A stretch of DNA of 32,000 bases from Thiofaba sp. EF100 (GTDB lineage: Bacteria > Pseudomonadota > Gammaproteobacteria > Halothiobacillales > Halothiobacillaceae): positions 611,540 to 643,539 of the forward strand of contig NZ_JBAJEY010000001.1 of NCBI RefSeq assembly GCF_039822285.1, written 5' to 3'. Below the pieces are notes generated by a model, which was not told the DNA's origin, searched no databases, and saw only the letters and a list, made by a program, of their open reading frames with translations. Of the stretch, positions 1 through 11,208 are shown in pieces (positions within the stretch are counted from its first letter, which is position 1; each line of letters opens with the position of its first letter). The translations under genes and the position numbers were made by a program.

Positions 1-27
1 AGCGACCACCTCAGCCTGACCCTCGAG

Positions 28-999
28 ATGGCCATGGACCAGCAGCGCATGCGCCTCTTGAACGATGCCCTGGTGGCCGCCGGCAACCCCACCTTCATCA
101 CCGACCGGGAAGGCACGATCGTCTGGGCCAACCAGGCCTTCCTCAACCTGACCGGATACGAGATGGGCGAGGTGCTGGGCCACAATCCCCGTCTGCTGCA
201 ATCAGGCCGCCAGCCGGTGGAGTATTACCAGCAGCTGTGGGAGACCATCTCTGCGGGAGGGGCCTGGAGCTGCGAAACCATCAACCGGCGCAAGGACGGC
301 GAGCTGTACGTGGTGCAGCAGACCATCACGCCGATCCGCGACCCGCAGGGCAACATCTCGCACTACATCTCCATCCACGAGGACATCACCGCCAAGAAGA
401 TCAACCAGGAGCGCATCGCCCATCTCGCCCATCACGACGTGCTCACGGGCCTGCCCAACCGCCGCCTGCTGATGGAGCGCCTGACGCGCGCCATCGCCAT
501 GGCGCGGCGCAACGGTCAGGGGGTGACCCTGCTGTTCCTCGACCTCGACGGCTTCAAGCCGATCAACGATAACTTCGGCCACCTGGCCGGCGACCGCCTG
601 CTGCAGGAGGTGGGCCGGCGCCTGCAGGGCCTGTGCCGCGAATCCGACACGGTGGCCCGCCTGGGCGGGGATGAGTTCACCATCCTCCTGCCCGGCGCGC
701 ATACGGACATGGAGGCCGGGGCCGTGGCTCGCAAGCTGATCCAGGCCATGGGCCAGCCTTTCCCACTGGATGGACAGCGCGTGACTATCGGCACCAGCAT
801 CGGCATCGCCCTTTGGCCCGAGCATGCGCAAGGACCGGAAGAGCTGATCGCGGCCGCGGATCGCGCGATGTACGCCGCCAAGAAGGCGGGGCGCGGGGTC
901 TTCCGCTTTGCCTGCGGCCAGGACCAAGCCCGGCCTCACTCCGAGTCAGAGGTGCAGGAAGAAACGAGGTCCCACCAAGCGCCGAAGGCTGGTCTATAG
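28..999 (+). CDS. PAS domain-containing diguanylate cyclase (PAS-GGDEF)
   Basis: N-terminal PAS-like segment (FITDREGTIVWANQAFLNLTGYE...). C-terminal GGDEF domain with intact RLGGDEF active site and an RESD (RxxD) I-site 5 residues upstream. ATG at 28, but the frame stays open back to base 1, so the true N-terminus may lie upstream of the window. Confidence 0.85.
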   Translation: MAMDQQRMRLLNDALVAAGNPTFITDREGTIVWANQAFLNLTGYEMGEVLGHNPRLLQSGRQPVEYYQQLWETISAGGAWSCETINRRKDGELYVVQQTITPIRDPQGNISHYISIHEDITAKKINQERIAHLAHHDVLTGLPNRRLLMERLTRAIAMARRNGQGVTLLFLDLDGFKPINDNFGHLAGDRLLQEVGRRLQGLCRESDTVARLGGDEFTILLPGAHTDMEAGAVARKLIQAMGQPFPLDGQRVTIGTSIGIALWPEHAQGPEELIAAADRAMYAAKKAGRGVFRFACGQDQARPHSESEVQEETRSHQAPKAGL

Positions 1000-1047
1000 T
1001 CGATGGCAGGTCGCCGTGACCTGAAGACACCACCGGAGGAAATCGCC

Positions 1048-1251
1048 ATGAGCAATGTCGTCAAAGTCATCGAGGTCCTGGCCGAATCCGAGAAGAGCTG
1101 GGAAGACGCCGCCCAGCAGGCCATCAACCGCGCCGCCAAGACCCTGCACGGGATCAAGTCGATTTATATCGAGAACTTCGAAGCCAAGATCGAGGACAAC
1201 CGCATCGTCAAGTACCGCATCAACGCCAAGATCTCCTTCCTGCTGGAGTAA
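1048..1251 (+). CDS. dodecin family flavin-binding protein
   Basis: 67 aa; MSNVVKVIEVLAESEKSWEDAAQQAI...KISFLLE has the length and pattern of dodecins. GGAGGA at 1035-1040 lies 7 nt before the ATG at 1048; the ORF-track start at 1003 is probably an upstream extension. Confidence 0.75.
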   Translation: MSNVVKVIEVLAESEKSWEDAAQQAINRAAKTLHGIKSIYIENFEAKIEDNRIVKYRINAKISFLLE

Positions 1252-1254
1252 GGC

Positions 1255-1908
1255 ATGATGTTCCGGGACCGCGAGGATGCGGCCCGCCAGCTGGCCGGCC
1301 GCCTCAAGCCATGGAAGGGCCGGCACCCCCTGGTGCTGGCCATCCCGCGCGGTGCGGTGCCGATGGGTGCGATCATCGCCGAGGCGCTGGAGGGCGACCT
1401 GGACGTCGTGCTGGTGCACAAGCTCGGCGCCCCTGGCAACCCGGAGTTCGCCATCGGCGCAGTGGATGAGTCCGGCCACATCCATGTTGCAGATCACGCG
1501 GCGATGACCGGGGCGAGCCAGGAGGATATCGAAGCCGAGGCCCGCGCCCAGCTCGCCGTCTTACGCAAGCGACGCGCTCAGTACACCCCGGTGCGCCCCC
1601 CGCTCGACCCGGCAGGCCGCGTGGTGATCGTGGTGGATGACGGGGTGGCCACCGGCGCCACCGTCATGGCCGCGCTCCAGGCCATTCGTGCGAAGAAGCC
1701 CGAGAAGCTGATCCTCGCCATCGGGGTCGCGCCGCCAGACACCCTCAACCGGCTCCGTCCCCTGGTCGACGAGCTGGTCTGCCTGCACAGCCCGGCGGAG
1801 TTCTGGGCGGTGGGCCAGTTCTTCGCCGACTTCCGCCAGGTGGAGGACGAGGAAGCGGTGGACATCCTGCGCCGGTTCGGAGAACGCAGCTCCACATCCA
1901 CGGCATGA
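1255..1908 (+). CDS. phosphoribosyltransferase family protein (orphan type-I PRTase, COG1926-like)
   Basis: 217 aa; PRPP-binding loop VVIVVDDGVATGATV and the typical FRDREDAARQLA N-terminus of predicted PRTases. ATG lies 3 nt after the dodecin TAA, with GGAG 6 nt upstream. Confidence 0.8.
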   Translation: MMFRDREDAARQLAGRLKPWKGRHPLVLAIPRGAVPMGAIIAEALEGDLDVVLVHKLGAPGNPEFAIGAVDESGHIHVADHAAMTGASQEDIEAEARAQLAVLRKRRAQYTPVRPPLDPAGRVVIVVDDGVATGATVMAALQAIRAKKPEKLILAIGVAPPDTLNRLRPLVDELVCLHSPAEFWAVGQFFADFRQVEDEEAVDILRRFGERSSTSTA

Positions 1909-2393
1909 GCCCGATCCTCGATCTCAAGCTGCTGCTGGTGCTGATGGCCGCCAATGGCGCCCCCATCATCGTGGCTTGGCTGTTCGGCCGGATGCTCGAT
2001 CCCCCGCTGGATGGTGGACGGCTCTTTCTCGACGGCCGCCCGCTGTTCGGCCCGCACAAAACCTGGCGCGGCCTCATCGCGGCCCTGCTCGCCGCGGCTG
2101 CCCTGGCCCCCCTGCTCGGGCTGGGCGCGATCACCGGGATGCTGCTCGCCCTCTTCTCGATGCTGGGCGACCTTGGCAGCAGCTTCGTCAAGCGCCGCCT
2201 CGCCCTCGCCCCCAGCAGCCGCGCCCCCCTGCTGGACCAGCTACCGGAGGCCCTCCTGCCCCTGCTGCTGCTCAAGCCTGCCCTCGGACTCGGCTGGATC
2301 GACATCACCCTGACGGCCGGACTGTTCGTCCTGGCGGATATCGCCCTCTCCCGCCTGCTCTACCGCCTGCACATCCGTAACCGGCCGTACTGA
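1905..2393 (+). CDS. CDP-archaeol synthase-like (DUF46/CarS family) integral membrane cytidylyltransferase
   Basis: 162 aa, very hydrophobic with multiple predicted TM segments. Motifs HKTWRG, GDLGSSFVKRRL and PLLDQLPE resemble CarS/CDS-type CTP-transferase signatures. Its ATG overlaps the PRTase TGA (ATGA at 1905-1908). Confidence 0.6.
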   Translation: MSPILDLKLLLVLMAANGAPIIVAWLFGRMLDPPLDGGRLFLDGRPLFGPHKTWRGLIAALLAAAALAPLLGLGAITGMLLALFSMLGDLGSSFVKRRLALAPSSRAPLLDQLPEALLPLLLLKPALGLGWIDITLTAGLFVLADIALSRLLYRLHIRNRPY

Positions 2394-3356
2394 GTCACGC
2401 CCCAGCCCCGAACGCAGGACATGCAGGGTCATCTCCGCCGGGCAGTTGAGCCGCACGTCCAGCACCGACACCCCGGTCCCGCGCGAGGTGTAACCCTGCA
2501 TGCCCGCATGGCTCCAGGCCCCTTTGCACAGCCGGCGCGGCGCGTGGGCATTGCACAGGATCGGCATGCCCCCCGGCAGGGCAATCTGCCCGCCGTGGGT
2601 ATGGCCGCACAGCATGAGGTCGAAGCCCGCGTGCGCGGCCTGGCGCCAGATCTCGGCAGAGTGGGAAAGAAGGATGGCGCATGCCTGCGGCGGCACGTCG
2701 GTGGTCGCCTTCTCCAGGTTGTCCAGGGCGTAGTAGTGGGGGTCGTCCACCCCCACCACGTGCAGCCGCGCCCCCGCCTGCTCCAACACGGCGGATTCAT
2801 TCATCAGCACCCGGATACCAAGCGCCTCCAGACCAGGCAGCATGCGCAGACTGTCGTGGTTGCCGAGCACGGCGAACACCCGCTCGGGCAGCACGGCACG
2901 CAACCGGTCCAGCCCTTCCAGGGCCGGCTCGCTGGGACCGAAGGTGCGCGCGCGGAAGTCACCGGTGATGACGCAGGCGTCGCACTCCACCCCGCGTGCG
3001 GCCTCGGCAATGACCTGCGGCATGTCGGCGTGCATGTCCAGGTGCAGGTCGGAGAGGTGCAACAGGCGGAAGCCATCGAAGGCCCGGGGCAGGCGCTCAA
3101 GGCGTACCTCCCTGCGGGTCAGACGGATGTCGCGCGCATTGCGCCGCCCCCGCCCATGCAGCCCGGTCAGGCGCAAGACACCCCGCATCAGGCCGTGGAC
3201 GGAGTACCAGTTCTCGATATGGAAGAAGGTGCGGCCCTGGCCGAAGACCTGGGCCTCGTGCTCGGCCTCGATGCCAAGCCGCAGGCGGGCGTGCAGCCGC
3301 CCCACCCGCGCCTCGAGCAGGGACAGGAGTTGGGCGTCCGGGAGAGCCGCGGCCAA
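2241..3356 (-). CDS. metallophosphoesterase (calcineurin-like phosphoesterase family)
   Basis: Motifs LLHLSDLHLD, ITGDF, LGNHD and CGHTHGGQ. The most upstream start is TTG at 3356, 3 nt after the cytochrome c TAA, so the exact start is uncertain. The last ~56 aa are a low-complexity tail overlapping the convergent CarS-like gene. Confidence 0.8.
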   Translation of the reverse strand: MAAALPDAQLLSLLEARVGRLHARLRLGIEAEHEAQVFGQGRTFFHIENWYSVHGLMRGVLRLTGLHGRGRRNARDIRLTRREVRLERLPRAFDGFRLLHLSDLHLDMHADMPQVIAEAARGVECDACVITGDFRARTFGPSEPALEGLDRLRAVLPERVFAVLGNHDSLRMLPGLEALGIRVLMNESAVLEQAGARLHVVGVDDPHYYALDNLEKATTDVPPQACAILLSHSAEIWRQAAHAGFDLMLCGHTHGGQIALPGGMPILCNAHAPRRLCKGAWSHAGMQGYTSRGTGVSVLDVRLNCPAEMTLHVLRSGLGRDSVRPVTDVQAVEQAGEGDIRQDEQSGRQGDVDPAESEGRLEQQQGQEGLR

Positions 3357-3359
3357 GTC

Positions 3360-3662
3360 TTACCTGTACTTGTAGTAGGTGTGGTTGAGGTAATCCGTCA
3401 CCGCCTGCACCTCCTCCTCGAACCAGGGGACGTCGAAATAGGTCACGCAGGACTGGACCATGGTCTTGAGACTGTCCTTGGTCGGGTATTTCTTGCCCAC
3501 CCGGCTGGTGTAGAACGCGGCGTTGTGCGGGGCCTTGTGGCAGCCGGCGCATTTCTCCTCGTGCAGTTTCTGCCCGCGGCTGATGTCCGCCAGGACGGGC
3601 TCCGCGAACAGGGCGGTGGCAACGAAGGCTGCGGGGAGCATCGGGATCAGGGCATGGCGCAT
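3360..3662 (-). CDS. small secreted monoheme c-type cytochrome
   Basis: 100 aa; signal-peptide-like N-terminus MRHALIPMLPAAFVATALFA and a single CAGCH haem-binding motif. GGAGGA lies 8 nt upstream of the ATG at 3662; the upstream part of the track ORF (to 3806) is rejected. Confidence 0.7.
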   Translation of the reverse strand: MRHALIPMLPAAFVATALFAEPVLADISRGQKLHEEKCAGCHKAPHNAAFYTSRVGKKYPTKDSLKTMVQSCVTYFDVPWFEEEVQAVTDYLNHTYYKYR

Positions 3663-3686
3663 GGCTAACATCCTCCGAGACAAGGG

Positions 3687-3883
3687 GCAGGGCAATCGCA
3701 TGAAGGCCTGGAGCGTTCGCACAAGACGAAAATCCAGCGTGCCAACGGGGCCATCGTCGCCCTGTTGGGGGTAGGAGGCCCGCCCTCGGGCCGATCGCCC
3801 ACGCACGGCACGCCTGTCGCGGCGGGGGCGCCGCTCCTACGCGGGCGTTTTGAACGATGAAACAGGTTCATGCGATTGCCCTG
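3687..3883. mobile_element. MITE-like non-autonomous element (17-bp perfect terminal inverted repeats, 9-bp flanking direct repeat)
   Basis: CAGGGCAATCGCATGAA at 3687-3703 is the exact reverse complement of TTCATGCGATTGCCCTG at 3867-3883. GACAAGGGG flanks both ends in direct orientation (3678-3686 and 3885-3893; one extra G at 3884). No credible ORF inside. Confidence 0.5.
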
Positions 3884-3957
3884 GGACAAGGGGTTGGCCT
3901 CTTGATCCTAGCCCGCCTGCGCACACCCTGCCCCATCAAAAAAGATGATGCCCCCTC

Positions 3958-3986
3958 GAAAAATGGGTCCCGGGCATCGGCCCGGG
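3958..3986 (-). terminator. candidate intrinsic terminator downstream of ygiQ
   Basis: Minus strand reads CCCGGGC-CGAT-GCCCGGG (7-bp GC stem), then ACCCA, then TTTTTT, about 20 nt after the ygiQ TAA. The T-run is 5 nt from the stem, so this is a weak call. Confidence 0.3.
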
Positions 3987-4006
3987 GCGGGCCTCCTACA
4001 TCGCCT

Positions 4007-6292
<2,286 letters not shown>

Positions 6293-6396
6293 GGGAAGAG
6301 CCTCGCGGAAGGCGGGCGGACAGGGAAGGGTGCGGACAATAGCATGAATTGGAAGGGAAATATCCCTTCAAGTTCCCCCGTCCGCGCAGGGCCGGC

Positions 6397-6969
6397 TCAG
6401 CGCTGGCGACGGCCGAGTGCCTCGACCTCGGCCAGCCAGCGGGCGCGCCGCTCCTCCGTGCTGTGACGCACCGGACCGAAGGTACTCACCCGCACCGGAG
6501 AGACGCCGCAGAAACCGAGGATGGCGTCCTTGACCAGCCGGATCCCCGGTGAGCCGTAGAGCAGCCCGTGCAGGAGCGGCGGGGTGTCCATGGTCACGAT
6601 CAGTCGGGCCGACCGCCCCTTCAGCAGCTTCCTCCAGCGCCAAGCGGAGATCATCTTGAAGGCAAAACCGGGCAGCAGGATGCGGTCGAAGAACCCCTTC
6701 ATCACGGCAGGCATGTCGCCCCACCAGGTGGGGTAGATGATCACCAGGTGCTCCGCCCAGCGGATCGCCTCCTGGGCATAGACGAGATCGGGCTCAAGCG
6801 GCTGGATCTCCTTGTAGCCGTGATGCAGGAGGGGATCGAAGTCCAGTTCGCCCAGGTTGAGCCGCCTCACCTCCGCCCCGGACATGTCGGCGCCGCGGGC
6901 ATAGGCCTGCTCGAGCGCGCCGCAATAGGTTTCCGAGTCGGGGTGACCGAGGATGATGAGGATGCGCAT
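6397..6969 (-). CDS. flavodoxin-like fold NAD(P)H-dependent (quinone) oxidoreductase
   Basis: 190 aa; MRILIILGHPDSETYCGAL... and ...HLVIIYPTWWGDMPAVMKGFFDRIL resemble the KefF/MdaB-type Flavodoxin_2 family. Confidence 0.75.
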   Translation of the reverse strand: MRILIILGHPDSETYCGALEQAYARGADMSGAEVRRLNLGELDFDPLLHHGYKEIQPLEPDLVYAQEAIRWAEHLVIIYPTWWGDMPAVMKGFFDRILLPGFAFKMISAWRWRKLLKGRSARLIVTMDTPPLLHGLLYGSPGIRLVKDAILGFCGVSPVRVSTFGPVRHSTEERRARWLAEVEALGRRQR

Positions 6970-7034
6970 GGTCGGTATCGCCTGTCAGTACCCTTGCCCC
7001 ACAACACTTAGCAGGTCCCAGGCGCTGGCGCATG

Positions 7035-7057
7035 AAAAACCCCGCGCGCGGCGGGGT
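7035..7057 (-). terminator. rho-independent terminator of icd
   Basis: Minus strand reads A-CCCCGC-CGCGC-GCGGGG-TTTTT, about 30 nt after the icd stop (7087). The T-run is present only on the minus strand. Confidence 0.7.
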
Positions 7058-7086
7058 CCGGATCGATGCGGGCGAAGGCCGGCGAA

Positions 7087-8337
<1,251 letters not shown>

Positions 8338-8372
8338 CGGCGACCCTAGCGTTGAAAAGTTGAAGCGTCGAA

Positions 8373-8410
8373 TTCCAGGCTGTGTCAAAAGCCTTTGACG
8401 CAGCCTGGAA
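8373..8410. repeat. 17-bp-arm inverted repeat (hairpin H1) 35 nt upstream of the icd start
   Basis: TTCCAGGCTGTGTCAAA (8373-8389), AGCC loop, TTTGACGCAGCCTGGAA (8394-8410). The only non-Watson-Crick position (8383/8400) is a G-U wobble on the plus-sense RNA and an A-C mismatch on the minus-sense RNA. Confidence 0.6.
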
Positions 8411-8433
8411 ATGCGAGCCATGGAGGGCTCGCG

Positions 8434-8466
8434 CGAGAATCAATCACGATAAGTGATTGATTCTCG
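8434..8466. promoter_or_regulatory. AT-rich perfect 14-bp-arm palindrome (candidate operator, hairpin H3)
   Basis: CGAGAATCAATCAC-GATAA-GTGATTGATTCTCG lies in the icd/nudJ divergent intergenic region. It stands out as AT-rich in a ~65% GC context. Confidence 0.45.
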
Positions 8467-8500
8467 GAGCCCGTCGCGGGCATGTACCGCAACGGGGCGA

Positions 8501-8532
8501 GTTTCAAAAGGGCAGGACAGCCCTTTTGAAAC
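8501..8532. terminator. bidirectional terminator-like inverted repeat (hairpin H4)
   Basis: GTTTCAAAAGGGC-AGGACA-GCCCTTTTGAAAC, perfect 13-bp arms. It has A4-GGGC...GCCC-T4 architecture on both strands, but the GC core is only 4 bp. Confidence 0.3.
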
Positions 8533-8592
8533 AGTCTGATTATACCCGATCCACGGCGGACAGCCCGTCCCCGATTTGCTACCCTTGCGCGC

Positions 8593-10144
<1,552 letters not shown>

Positions 10145-10145
<1 letters not shown>

Positions 10146-10789
10146 TGGCCCATACGATCGAAGACCAGACGCTCGCCCTCGCCGGCATCGTCCAGGCCTG
10201 CCTGTTGGTGCGCGAATTGGCGCACCATGGCCAAGCGCCGTCCCACGCGCAGGCGGCCAGCCTCGCGAGCCTGTTCCGCATCGACGCAAGCGACGTCCCC
10301 GCCGTGTACGGCGGGGTCAGGCAGGTCGGCGAAGGCCTGCGCCACCTGCGCAAACAACTGGCCGGGCAAGCCGGCAACCAGGACATCGAGGTCACCCGCC
10401 ACGTCCTCACCCTGATCCAACTGGCCGGCCAGCTGCTGCGCCTGCCGGACATGCTGCAGCAACTGGGGCAGGGCTTGCAGGCGCTCGACGCCAAGCAGCG
10501 CGAGCTCGGACCGGACGCCCCGGAGGTCATCGAGGGCCTGGCAGGACTCTACCAGCGGACCATCAGCACCTTAAGCCCGAAGGTCATCGTCAACGGCAAC
10601 CCCCAGCAACTGAACCGGCCGGAGGTCGCCCAGCGCATCCGCGCCGCCCTGCTGGCGGGGATCCGCTCGGCCGTGCTCTGGCATCAATGCGGGGGGAGTC
10701 GCCTGAGCCTGATCTTCCGCCGCAAGCGCTTCCTCGCGGCCGCGGATGGCCTGCTGCGGGGCGGGATCAGGCTGGTGGACGAAGCGTGA
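10145..10789 (+). CDS. hflD: high-frequency-of-lysogenization protein HflD
   Basis: 214 aa; TLALAGIVQACLLVRELAHHG and LLAGIRSAVLWHQCGGSRL match E. coli HflD. The ATG at 10145 overlaps the mnmA TGA (TGATG); the track start at 9989 is rejected. Confidence 0.9.
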
Positions 10790-10835
10790 GAATAAGGAAT
10801 GCGGCGGAGCGCCGTGAAGGATGGGGGCGCGGGGA

Positions 10836-11198
10836 TCAGGCCTGCCGCGGTCGGCGGTGGCGCCTCCGCTCAGCCAGATAGATGAAGCCTGGCAGGGCGA
10901 ACACCGCATACAGGACGATCGCGACGGTGTAGAACTCCCACTGCTTGGGATGCAGCTCGCCCGGGCACTCGGACAGGCCAAGGAAGGCCCCAAGGCTTAG
11001 CTGGCAACCGAGCTCCAGCCGCCAGGCCAGCAGGGCCACAAGCCCGAACCCCACCCCCCACTCCAGCAGACGCACCCAGAACGGCTTGACCTCACCGCGC
11101 AGGCCGATGACGGCAAACAGGCGCTCGTTGATCCAAGGCAGGTTGGACAGCACCAGGGCGGCCACGAGGAGGGTGAAGACGGCACTCTGGGAGGTCAT
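10836..11198 (-). CDS. DUF2818 family small membrane protein (downstream of nuoN)
   Basis: 120 aa from the ATG at 11198 (MTSQSAVFTLLVAAL...), about 4 hydrophobic segments, 10 nt after the nuoN stop. From memory, a DUF2818 gene follows nuoN in many beta/gammaproteobacteria. Confidence 0.65.
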   Translation of the reverse strand: MTSQSAVFTLLVAALVLSNLPWINERLFAVIGLRGEVKPFWVRLLEWGVGFGLVALLAWRLELGCQLSLGAFLGLSECPGELHPKQWEFYTVAIVLYAVFALPGFIYLAERRRHRRPRQA

Positions 11199-11208
11199 GT
11201 ATCCCGCC

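Noticed and set aside
3807-3820. Sigma-54-like GG-N10-GC element (GGCACGCCTGTCGC) on the plus strand.
   Set aside because: It departs from the TGGCACG-N4-TTGC consensus at several positions. It lies inside the MITE-like element, and there is no plus-strand gene downstream for it to drive (ygiQ is on the opposite strand).
8338-8421. Upstream in-frame extensions offered by the ORF track for icd (to 8421), nuoA (to 25903), nuoI (to 17712), nuoB (to 25409), secG (to 26316), tpiA (to 27074), folP (to 29424), hflD (from 9989), the dodecin gene (from 1003) and the cytochrome c gene (to 3806).
   Set aside because: Alignment with remembered orthologue N-termini, RBS placement and avoidance of overlaps with neighbouring genes or the tRNA all favour the internal starts given in the feature list.
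10790-10835. Looked for a bidirectional terminator in the 46-bp gap between the convergent hflD and DUF2818 genes.
   Set aside because: Only a weak 5-bp stem (CGGCG-GAG-CGCCG) with no T-run on either strand, which is not enough to call.
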